34,124 bases of DNA from an uncultured Lachnospiraceae bacterium. GTDB lineage: Bacteria; Bacillota; Clostridia; Oscillospirales; CAG-272. The stretch lies in contig CAYPKQ010000002.1 of the NCBI GenBank assembly GCA_964411355.1, positions 1-34,124 on the forward strand, read 5' to 3'. How positions within the stretch are numbered: position 1 is the stretch's first letter; every line of letters begins with the position of its first letter. A model generated the notes under the pieces. It ran no database searches and was not told the DNA's origin. It worked only from the letters and a program-made list of their open reading frames with translations. The translations under genes and the position numbers were made by a program. Shown piece after piece: positions 1 to 7,001 of the stretch.

Positions 1-104
1 GACAGCGACCGGCGATGACGCCGACTCCCAAAAACTTTTGAAAAAAGTTTTATCAAAACTTTCCCTGACAACGTCCAAGGCTACTCTTTGCTAAATTACT
101 GTTT
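1..104. repeat. Partial copy (right arm, cut by the window edge) of a hairpin-rich intergenic repeat ending in AAATTACTGTTT
   Basis: nt 1-62 align by eye at roughly 90% with 4711-4772. It has the same sub-hairpins (CGGCG..CGCCG; AAAACTTTT..AAAAGTTTT). It ends in the family terminal 12-mer at 93-104. Confidence 0.75.
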
Positions 105-153
105 ACAAAAATAGAAAAAATAAAATTTTACATAAAAACTAAGGAGAACAAAA

Positions 154-948
154 ATGGTTAACGAGTTTGAAATCAAAAAACAGATATGCGAAATTGGCAA
201 GCGTATCTACGCAAAGGGAATGGTTGCTTCAAATGACGGTAATATTTCCGTTAAGCTGAACGACAATGAGTTTCTCTGCACACCCACAGGCGTTTCCAAG
301 GGCTTTATGACCCCCGAATACATCTGCAAGGTTGACAGAGACGGTAAGGTCCTTCAGGCAAATGCTGGTTTTAAGCCCTCTTCCGAGATCAAGATGCACA
401 TGAGAGTTTATAAGGAAAGACCCGATGTAAATTCTGTTGTTCATGCTCATCCTCTCTATGCAACATCTTTCGCTATTGCAGGTATTCCGCTTACAGAGCC
501 TATCATGCCCGAGGCAGTTATCGCTCTCGGATGCGTACCGATAGCTGAATACGGAACACCCTCAACAGAGGAAATCCCGGATGCTGTATCAAAGTACCTC
601 CAGCACTATGATGCTGTTCTTCTTGCAAATCACGGCGCACTTTCCTTCTCCGATAGCCTTCTCAATGCTTATCACAAGATGGAATCCCTTGAATTCTATG
701 CACAGCTTCTTTATCAGTCAAAGATGCTCGGTGGCCCTAAGCAGCTTACAGATTCTCAGGTTCAGAGACTTTACGAGATCCGTCGTCAGTTCGGTCTTAA
801 GGGCAAGCACCCCGCAGACATCTGCCCCAATGTAAAGGCAGGCAAGCCCAGCTGTCACGGCTGCGGCGGCTCTTGCTCCCACGGCAGTGCAGATGCTGAT
901 ACAGTTGCAATGATAACAAAGCTCGTTCTTGAGCAGCTTGGCAAATAA
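154..948 (+). CDS. Class II aldolase/adducin-family enzyme (fuculose/rhamnulose-1-phosphate aldolase-like) with a Cys/His-rich linker and a C-terminal encapsulation-peptide-like helix
   Basis: 264-aa ORF with an AAGGAG RBS 8 nt upstream. Family hallmarks are NDGNISVK, TPTGVSKG, PSSEIKMH and VVHAHP (metal-binding His region). The C-terminal tail is ...CPNVKAGKPSCHGCGGSCSHGS-ADADTVAMITKLVLEQLGK. Confidence 0.85.
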   Translation: MVNEFEIKKQICEIGKRIYAKGMVASNDGNISVKLNDNEFLCTPTGVSKGFMTPEYICKVDRDGKVLQANAGFKPSSEIKMHMRVYKERPDVNSVVHAHPLYATSFAIAGIPLTEPIMPEAVIALGCVPIAEYGTPSTEEIPDAVSKYLQHYDAVLLANHGALSFSDSLLNAYHKMESLEFYAQLLYQSKMLGGPKQLTDSQVQRLYEIRRQFGLKGKHPADICPNVKAGKPSCHGCGGSCSHGSADADTVAMITKLVLEQLGK

Positions 949-957
949 TTTTGCTCC

Positions 958-1431
958 ATGAACGAGGCTGAAATCAAAAGAATAGTTGAAAATACCGTCT
1001 CGGCTCTCAAAGGCAAGAAGGAAATGACACTCATGCTTGCCGAAAGGCTTTGCGATGCTGTGATGGAAGAAGCAAAACGCATAGGTGTTAAGGCTGTTGT
1101 CTGCATTTCCGACGGTGCGGGAAATCCAAAGCTTGTCAAAAGCATGGATGATGCCTATATCGCAAGCTATGATGTGGCTCTCGGCAAGGCATATACTGTG
1201 GTGGCTCTGAAAATGTCCACCAAAAAGCTGTCTTCTCTTGCAAAACCGGGTGAAAGCCTTTACGGAATTCAGTTTACGAACGGCGGAAAGATAGTGATAT
1301 TCGGCGGTGGTGACCCTCTCCTTGGAGATGGTGGCAAGATCATCGGTGGTCTTGGCGTAAGCGGGGGCACCGAGGAGCAGGACACGGCTCTTTCAGCCTT
1401 CGGAAAACGGTATTTTGAAACTCAAATGTAA
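958..1431 (+). CDS. GlcG/DUF336 (PduO C-terminal-domain-like, putative heme-binding) protein with an N-terminal encapsulation-peptide-like helix
   Basis: 157-aa ORF lying 9 nt after the aldolase stop. It has a Gly-rich DUF336-type C-terminus (GGLGVSGGTEEQD). The N-terminus MNEAEIKRIVENTVSAL matches the amphipathic BMC targeting pattern. Confidence 0.7.
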   Translation: MNEAEIKRIVENTVSALKGKKEMTLMLAERLCDAVMEEAKRIGVKAVVCISDGAGNPKLVKSMDDAYIASYDVALGKAYTVVALKMSTKKLSSLAKPGESLYGIQFTNGGKIVIFGGGDPLLGDGGKIIGGLGVSGGTEEQDTALSAFGKRYFETQM

Positions 1432-1448
1432 TAAGAAAGGAAATAAAA

Positions 1449-2654
1449 ATGGATATTAAATCCACTGATATTGAAAGAATTGTCAGACAGGTGCTGGAAA
1501 ATATCGGAAACGACGCTTCAGCACCAAATTCCTCTGCTAAAAGCGGAAATATTCCCGAAAAGAGCAGAGTTGCAATGCTGACAAAGCTTGAGCATTTTGA
1601 TATCGAGGAGCATCCCATTCCCGAGCTTGGCGATGATGATATTCTCGTTAAGGTTGAAGGATGCGGTGTTTGCGGAACAGATGCTCATGAATTTAAGCGT
1701 GATCCATTTTCGCTTATTCCCGTGGTTCTCGGACATGAGGGCACGGGAGAGGTGGTGAAGGTCGGTAAAAATGTTAAAAAGGACAGCGCAGGCAAGCCTC
1801 TCGGCGTTGGCGATAAGGTCGTTACCTGCATGATCTTTAAGGACAACCCCGATATCACCATGTTTGACCTTAACAAGCAGAATGTTGGCGGTGCGGATGT
1901 TTACGGACTCCTTCCCGACGATGACAAAAAGCTTAATGGCTGGTTTGCGGATTACATACTCGTAAGAGGCGGCTCGACTATCTTCAATGTAAGCGATCTT
2001 GACCTTGATTCGAGAATCCTTATCGAGCCATGCGCAGTTCTCATCCACGCGGTTGAAAGGGCAAAGACAACGGGCATTCTCCGCTTCAACTCAAGAGTTG
2101 TGGTTCAGGGATGCGGACCTATCGGTCTTATCTGTATAGCAGTTCTCCGTGCAATGGGAACGGAAAACATCGTTGCTGTTGACGGCGAGGCAAAGAGACT
2201 TGAATTTGCAAAGCTCATGGGAGCAAATGAAACAGTAAACTTCAAGGAACACAAGGGAATCGAAGCTCTTGCCGGAGCTGTCAAGGACGCATTTGGCGGT
2301 TATCTTGCAGATTTTGCCTTCCAGTGTACAGGCTCTCCCATAGCTCATGCAAATATATATAAGTTCATCCGCAATGGCGGTGGACTTTGCGAGCTTGGCT
2401 TCTTCATAAACGGCGGAGATGCCACCATCAATCCTCATTTTGACATCTGTTCAAAGGAGATCACAACTGTCGGCTCTTGGGTATATACTCTGCGCGACTA
2501 TGTCACAACATTTGATTTCCTTAAGCGTGCAAAGGCAATTGGACTTCCCATGGAGAAGCTGATAACTCATAAATATCCCCTTGAAAAGATCAACGAAGCA
2601 CTTGAGACCAATCTTAAAATGGAAGGTCTTAAGATCGCCATTGTAAATGAATGA
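1449..2654 (+). CDS. Zn-dependent medium-chain (MDR) alcohol/polyol dehydrogenase with an N-terminal encapsulation-peptide-like helix plus linker
   Basis: 401-aa ORF. It carries the MDR motifs GCGVCGTDAHEF and GHEGTGEV, and a Rossmann motif VVVQGCGPIG. The first ~40 aa (STDIERIVRQVLENIG followed by the low-complexity stretch NDASAPNSSAKSGNIPEKS) precede the catalytic domain. Confidence 0.85.
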   Translation: MDIKSTDIERIVRQVLENIGNDASAPNSSAKSGNIPEKSRVAMLTKLEHFDIEEHPIPELGDDDILVKVEGCGVCGTDAHEFKRDPFSLIPVVLGHEGTGEVVKVGKNVKKDSAGKPLGVGDKVVTCMIFKDNPDITMFDLNKQNVGGADVYGLLPDDDKKLNGWFADYILVRGGSTIFNVSDLDLDSRILIEPCAVLIHAVERAKTTGILRFNSRVVVQGCGPIGLICIAVLRAMGTENIVAVDGEAKRLEFAKLMGANETVNFKEHKGIEALAGAVKDAFGGYLADFAFQCTGSPIAHANIYKFIRNGGGLCELGFFINGGDATINPHFDICSKEITTVGSWVYTLRDYVTTFDFLKRAKAIGLPMEKLITHKYPLEKINEALETNLKMEGLKIAIVNE

Positions 2655-2668
2655 TAAAGGGTGATAAA

Positions 2669-2983
2669 ATGGGAAAAGCAGTTGGAATAATCGAGGTTTT
2701 CGGTCTCACTGCGGCAATGGTCGCAGTTGATGCGGGCTGTAAGGCGGCAAATGTTACCGTTGAAACACTCGATAAGAACAAGCCCGGCAATGCAGATGCG
2801 CTTCCTGTTCCGCTTATCGTGGCGGTGAAATTCAGAGGAAGCGTTGATGCGGTAAGTGCGGCGGTAGATGCCGCAGAGCAGGCGGCAAATAATGTTTCGG
2901 GAGTTATCACAAAGCATATTATTGCAAATACCGAGGACTCTACCGAAAAAATGCTAAAATTAAATGCATTTGATAAGAATTAA
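2669..2983 (+). CDS. Divergent BMC-H (Pfam BMC-domain) shell protein with an enlarged pore-loop region
   Basis: I moved the start to the ATG at 2669 (an AAGGGTGA RBS lies upstream; the ORF-track start at 2651 overlaps the ADH stop). The BMC signature is GIIEVFGLTAAMVAVDAGCKAANV ... GSVDAVSAAVDAAEQAA. The usual K-I-G-x-G segment is replaced by LDKNKPGNADALPVP. Confidence 0.75.
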   Translation: MGKAVGIIEVFGLTAAMVAVDAGCKAANVTVETLDKNKPGNADALPVPLIVAVKFRGSVDAVSAAVDAAEQAANNVSGVITKHIIANTEDSTEKMLKLNAFDKN

Positions 2984-3001
2984 CGAAAGGAAATTGAAAA
3001 A

Positions 3002-3277
3002 ATGGCAATGGAAGCACTTGGAATGATAGAAACAAGAGGACTTGTTGCGGCAATCGAAGCGGCAGACGCAATGGTAAAAGCGGCAGAGGTAACTCTTATA
3101 GGAACAGAAAAGATCGGCAGCGGACTCGTATCCGTTATGGTAAGAGGCGATGTTGGCGCAGTTAAGGCGGCAACAGAGGCAGGAAGCACTGCTGCATCCC
3201 GCCTTGGAGAGCTTGTTGCAGTTCACGTAATTCCTCGTCCTCATGCAGATGTTGAGAAGATTCTTCCCACTCTCTGA
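3002..3277 (+). CDS. BMC-H shell protein, PduA/EutM-like (paralog 1 of 3)
   Basis: 91 aa with the canonical motifs [46 protein letters not shown] and VIPRPH. An AAAGGAAA RBS-like stretch lies upstream. Confidence 0.93.
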   Translation: MAMEALGMIETRGLVAAIEAADAMVKAAEVTLIGTEKIGSGLVSVMVRGDVGAVKAATEAGSTAASRLGELVAVHVIPRPHADVEKILPTL

Positions 3278-3293
3278 TTTTTAAGAGGAAAAT

Positions 3294-3677
3294 ATGAGAT
3301 CACTTGGATTTGTTGAGGTCAGCGGCGTAACGGCGGCGATAGATGCCCTTGACATTATGTGCAAGAGCGCAGATGTAACTCTCGTTTCCTGGGAGAGAAA
3401 GCTGGGAGGCAGACTTGTTACCCTTATGATAGAGGGGAGCGTTTCTGCGGTGAATGCGGCAGTGGAAAACGCCTGCGCATCCTGCATAAAAAAACCTGTG
3501 GCACACGCTGTTATAGCAAATCCGCATCCTGAGCTTGTACGTCTTGTTGAGCTTTCGGCATCAAGAATAAAGATGGCAGAGGGCGAAGCAGGGGGAAAGG
3601 TGGAAAGGGCTCAAAAAGAAGAAAAAAAGTCTCAAACGGCTAAAAAAACTGTAAAAACTAAAAAAGGAGATAAATAA
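3294..3677 (+). CDS. BMC-H shell protein with a ~45-aa Lys/Glu-rich C-terminal extension
   Basis: 127 aa with an AAGAGGAAAA RBS. The BMC domain is [25 protein letters not shown] ... [13 protein letters not shown] ... ANPHPE. It is followed by the tail [35 protein letters not shown]. Confidence 0.85.
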   Translation: MRSLGFVEVSGVTAAIDALDIMCKSADVTLVSWERKLGGRLVTLMIEGSVSAVNAAVENACASCIKKPVAHAVIANPHPELVRLVELSASRIKMAEGEAGGKVERAQKEEKKSQTAKKTVKTKKGDK

Positions 3678-3679
3678 TT

Positions 3680-3958
3680 ATGGCACTTGAAGCACTTGGA
3701 ATGGTAGAGACAAGAGGACTTGTTGCGGCAATTGAAGCGGCAGACGCAATGGTAAAGGCAGCAAATGTAACTCTTATAGGAACAGAAAAGATCGGTAGCG
3801 GACTTGTATCCGTTATGGTAAGAGGCGATGTTGGCGCAGTTAAGGCGGCAACAGAGGCAGGAAGTGCTGCTGCATCTCACCTTGGTGAGCTTGTTGCAGT
3901 TCACGTAATTCCCCGTCCTCATGCAGATGTTGAGAAGATCCTTCCAACACTTAAGTAA
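3680..3958 (+). CDS. BMC-H shell protein, PduA/EutM-like (paralog 2 of 3)
   Basis: 92 aa and about 90% nt identity by eye to 3002-3277 and 3988-4266. It has the same canonical motifs. Confidence 0.93.
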   Translation: MALEALGMVETRGLVAAIEAADAMVKAANVTLIGTEKIGSGLVSVMVRGDVGAVKAATEAGSAAASHLGELVAVHVIPRPHADVEKILPTLK

Positions 3959-3987
3959 TTCGAAATAATTTAAGGAGGTAATATATT

Positions 3988-4266
3988 ATGGCACTTGAAG
4001 CACTCGGAATGGTAGAAACAAGAGGTCTTGTTGCGGCAATCGAAGCGGCTGATGCAATGGTAAAGGCAGCAAATGTTGAGCTTATCGGCACAGAGAAGAT
4101 CGGTAGCGGACTCGTTTCTGTTATGGTAAGAGGCGATGTTGGCGCAGTTAAGGCGGCAACAGAGGCAGGAAGTGCTGCTGCATCTCACCTTGGTGAAATT
4201 GTTGCAGTTCACGTTATTCCCCGTCCTCACGCAGATGTTGAAAAGATCCTTCCTTCTCTCAAGTAA
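3988..4266 (+). CDS. BMC-H shell protein, PduA/EutM-like (paralog 3 of 3)
   Basis: 92 aa with an AAGGAGG RBS at 3972-3978. It is near-identical to paralog 2. Confidence 0.93.
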   Translation: MALEALGMVETRGLVAAIEAADAMVKAANVELIGTEKIGSGLVSVMVRGDVGAVKAATEAGSAAASHLGEIVAVHVIPRPHADVEKILPSLK

Positions 4267-4275
4267 GAGGAAAAC

Positions 4276-4341
4276 GGAAAACAGACCGCTTTGCGGTTTG
4301 TTTTCCGGGCAATGTGCTCCCGTGCGGAGCATGCCGCCCGG
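4276..4341 (+). other. Two consecutive stem-loops immediately after the last BMC-H gene, with no U-tract
   Basis: The first hairpin is GGAAAACAGACCGC-ttt-GCGGTTTGTTTTCC (4276-4306, one G:U pair). The second is CCGGGC..GCTCC/GGAGC..GCCCGG (4305-4341, with an internal loop). Neither is followed by a T-run, so they are not classical terminators. They could be an mRNA-stability or processing signal, or a partial terminator. Confidence 0.45.
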
Positions 4342-4363
4342 AAAATAAACGGTTTTAATGGAT

Positions 4364-4811
4364 AAACAGTAATTTGTCGGTGAGTGAGAGCGCAGTCAGT
4401 TGAAAGTTTTGATCGACCTTTTTCAAAAGGTCGCGCTGCTCAAGCGTGCGTGCGCTTGCCGCCTCCGCAGAGGCGGAATCTCTTTGCGGCGCTTTCTTTT
4501 GCCAAGCTTTTCTTTGCGCCTTCAGCACCAAAGAAAAGCGGATAAACGATCAGCACTTACAATATTTAGTTAGTAATTTAGACACAAAATCAATATTTTC
4601 ACACTAAATTAAGCAGATTTAAACCCTTTGCCCGCTTTTTCTTTGACACCAAAGGCACAAAGAAAAAGCTTAGCAAAAAGAAATGCCGCTGAGAGCGTTT
4701 CGCTGTCTGCGGACAGCGACCGGCGATGTCGCCGGCTCCCACAAACTTTTGAAAAAGTTTGATCAAAACTTTCACCTTGCGCTCGTCCTCACTCACCGAT
4801 GAGTTACTGTT
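4364..4811. repeat. Imperfect palindromic, MITE-like element of ~450 bp built from nested GC-rich hairpins, inserted inside the BMC operon
   Basis: The left end AAACAGTAATTTGTCGGTGAGTGAG matches the reverse complement of the right end CTCACTCACCGATGAGTTACTGTT. The arms share modules GTGAAAGTTTTGATC...CTTTTTCAAAAG and GCTTTTCTTTG..CAAAGAAAAGCGG. Local hairpins include CGACCTTTT/AAAAGGTCG, CCGCCTC/GAGGCGG, CCGGCGA/TCGCCGG and GCTTTTTCTTTG/CAAAGAAAAAGC. There is no credible ORF. Confidence 0.85.
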
Positions 4812-4847
4812 AAAATTGTAAAAAATCTCTTTAAAAGGAGTAAAAAT

Positions 4848-5120
4848 ATGATAATTGGAAAAGTTGTTGGAAGTGTTGTTTCCACGAGAAAGAATGAAAA
4901 GCTTATCGGCAGCAAATTCATGATAGTTGAGGCTCTTGCAAAAACGGGCAACTGTCAGAGAGTCGTTGCTGTTGATAATGTTGGCGCGGGTATCGGAGAG
5001 CTTGTTCTCGTAACTCTCGGAAGTGCTGCAAGAATTGGTCTTGACTGCGCAAATTCTCCCGTTGATGCGGCAATCGTCGGCATAATTGATGATGAAAACG
5101 GAATACCCGACCTTAAATAA
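4848..5120 (+). CDS. eutN: BMC-P pentameric vertex protein (EutN/PduN/CcmL family)
   Basis: 90 aa with an AAAGGAG RBS. Typical motifs are MIIGKVVGSVVSTRK, VAVDNVGAG.GE.VLV and DAAIVGIID. Confidence 0.9.
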   Translation: MIIGKVVGSVVSTRKNEKLIGSKFMIVEALAKTGNCQRVVAVDNVGAGIGELVLVTLGSAARIGLDCANSPVDAAIVGIIDDENGIPDLK

Positions 5121-5122
5121 AA

Positions 5123-6439
5123 ATGGAATTAAATAAGCTTAAAGATATTTTAAGAAAAGGCGGAGTTGTGGGGGCGGGCGGCGCAGGTTTTCCCACCTAT
5201 GCAAAGCTTTCGGAAAATATCGACACGGTGATCTTAAACTGTGCCGAATGTGAACCTCTGCTAAAGCTTCACAGACAGCTTCTTGAAGAATATACAGCCG
5301 AAATTCTCACAGCATTTGATGAGATACTTGACGCCACGGGCGCAGAGTGCGGTATTATTGCTGTCAAGGCTCATTATAAAAACGCAATTTCTGCTCTTGA
5401 AGCGGAGATCGGTGAGCATAAAAGGCTTTCGATCGTGAAGTTGGGTTCGGTCTATCCGGCAGGAGATGAGCTGATACTTATAAAAGAGGTGACGGGAAGA
5501 CTTGTTCCTCCCGGAAAGCTTCCTGCGTCTGTAGGAGTTATGGTCAGCAATACCGAAACCGTCTATAATGTCTATAATGCCATAAAGGGTAAGCCGGTTA
5601 CCGAAAAATTTGTAACCGTTGCTGGCGAGGTGGCATCCCCCGTTACTCTTTGTGTGCCAATTGGAACAAAGCTCTCGGAGCTTGTGAAGAGGGCAGGCGG
5701 TCTTACGCACGAGGATGTTGAATATATAAACGGCGGTCCAATGATGGGAAGGATAGTTTCAAGTGCCGATGTGGTTACCAAAACAACCAACGCACTTCTC
5801 GTTCTTCCAAGCGATAATGTTGCCGTGATGAATAAAAAACGAAATGCAAAAATAGGGCTTCGCCGCGCCATGTCGGTTTGCTGTCAGTGCAGAAGCTGCA
5901 CCGAGCTTTGCTCAAGACATAATCTCGGATACGGTGTTGAACCCCATATGGTCATGAGAGTCCTCTCAAACGGAGGAAGCGGCGAGGTTTATAGGCTTGC
6001 AGAGTCGCTTTTCTGCTCGGGGTGCGGTCTTTGCGAGACTTATTCCTGCCCCCAGGGACTTTCTCCCGGAAGCCTTATTGCAGAGCTTAAGGCAAAGGCG
6101 AGAGAGAACGGATTTAAAGCGGAAAATCCGAAAATTTATGAACGCCGTGACAGTGATCTGCACCGTGTTTCACTTGAAAGACTCCGTAGCAGACTTGGTC
6201 TTAATAAATATGATGTTCCCGCTCCACTTGACGGAAAAATTGAGGTAAAAGCTGTAAAGATCCCATGTCAGCAGCATATAGGAGCACCTTCCGTGCCTTG
6301 CGTTAAGGAAGGCGACAGAGTTAAGGCGGGCACTCTTATTGCAGAAGCTCCCGAAGGGGCTCTCGGAGTAGATATTCACGCATCCATTGACGGAAAAATA
6401 GAATCGGTCACACAAAAATACATAAAGATTGTAAGGTAA
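5123..6439 (+). CDS. pduS: PduS/RnfC-like Fe-S flavoprotein (NADH/FMN-binding, two 4Fe-4S motifs)
   Basis: 438 aa. It has a GAGGAGFPT nucleotide/FMN motif near the N-terminus. Two ferredoxin-type Cys clusters are present (CCQCRSCTELC and CSGCGLCETYSCP). The C-terminus is an RnfC-type barrel-sandwich segment (GAPSVPCVKEGDRVKAG). Confidence 0.8.
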   Translation: MELNKLKDILRKGGVVGAGGAGFPTYAKLSENIDTVILNCAECEPLLKLHRQLLEEYTAEILTAFDEILDATGAECGIIAVKAHYKNAISALEAEIGEHKRLSIVKLGSVYPAGDELILIKEVTGRLVPPGKLPASVGVMVSNTETVYNVYNAIKGKPVTEKFVTVAGEVASPVTLCVPIGTKLSELVKRAGGLTHEDVEYINGGPMMGRIVSSADVVTKTTNALLVLPSDNVAVMNKKRNAKIGLRRAMSVCCQCRSCTELCSRHNLGYGVEPHMVMRVLSNGGSGEVYRLAESLFCSGCGLCETYSCPQGLSPGSLIAELKAKARENGFKAENPKIYERRDSDLHRVSLERLRSRLGLNKYDVPAPLDGKIEVKAVKIPCQQHIGAPSVPCVKEGDRVKAGTLIAEAPEGALGVDIHASIDGKIESVTQKYIKIVR

Positions 6440-6440
6440 A

Positions 6441-6989
6441 ATGATGAAAAAAGCACTTGGAATGATAGAATTTAAAACGGTCGCATCGGGCATCACAGCC
6501 ACCGATATAATGCTGAAAACAGCAGAGGTTGAGGTCGTTCAGGCAAATCCCGTTTGCCCCGGAAAATATCTTGCAACCATTGCCGGTGAAATAAGTGCCG
6601 TCAAGGCGGCAATCGAGGCGGCAGAATCTTATAATTCCGCTATGCTTATTGACAAATTCATCCTCGGAAACCCCCATGAGAGCGTGCAGGGCGCAATTTG
6701 CGGATGTCTTGAGGTTGTGAATAAGGCTGCCATAGGAATAATTGAGACCTTTACTGCGGCAAGTGCCGTGGTTGCGGCAGATACAGCGGCAAAAACAGCG
6801 CTTGTTGAGCTTGTTGAGGTGCGCCTTGCAAAGGGAATGTGCGGCAAATCTTACGTTATCCTTACGGGAAGCGTTTCCAGCGTCACAGCCTCAATTGAGC
6901 GAGCAAAGGCGGGAATCGAAGACGGTCTTTTCCTTGATTCGTCCGTTATTGCAGGTCCCGACCCCGGACTTTGGGAAAGTATTCTTTAA
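6441..6989 (+). CDS. pduT: Tandem-domain BMC-T shell protein, PduT-like (conserved pore Cys)
   Basis: 182 aa with two BMC domains (ALGMIEFKTVASGITATD... and AIGIIETFTAASAVVAADTAAK...). The motif PVCPGKY aligns with the ICPGKF Cys that ligates the 4Fe-4S cluster in characterised PduT. Confidence 0.85.
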   Translation: MMKKALGMIEFKTVASGITATDIMLKTAEVEVVQANPVCPGKYLATIAGEISAVKAAIEAAESYNSAMLIDKFILGNPHESVQGAICGCLEVVNKAAIGIIETFTAASAVVAADTAAKTALVELVEVRLAKGMCGKSYVILTGSVSSVTASIERAKAGIEDGLFLDSSVIAGPDPGLWESIL

Positions 6990-7001
6990 GGAGAGAGCAA
7001 A

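Noticed and set aside
102-146. A sigma-A promoter for the BMC operon in the A/T-rich stretch before the aldolase gene (TTTACA ... TAAAAT).
   Set aside because: The candidate hexamers are spaced 13 nt apart, which is too short, and I found no alternative pair with 16-18 nt spacing. The promoter may be non-consensus, DeoR-dependent, or upstream of the window.
2960-4332. Minus-strand ORFs of 94-120 aa (2960-3244, 3632-3922, 3970-4332) opposite the BMC-H genes.
   Set aside because: They are mirror-frame artefacts of the Ala/Val/Gly-rich shell genes. Their composition is Cys/Arg/Asn-rich, they have no RBS, and all three mimic each other only because the sense genes are paralogs.
4599-4796. 65-aa minus-strand ORF inside the operon-internal palindrome. 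The 70-aa plus-strand ORF at 4136-4348 was considered with it.
   Set aside because: Both lie in repeat/hairpin sequence or overlap a BMC-H gene out of frame. They have no RBS, and the 'protein' simply follows the palindromic modules.
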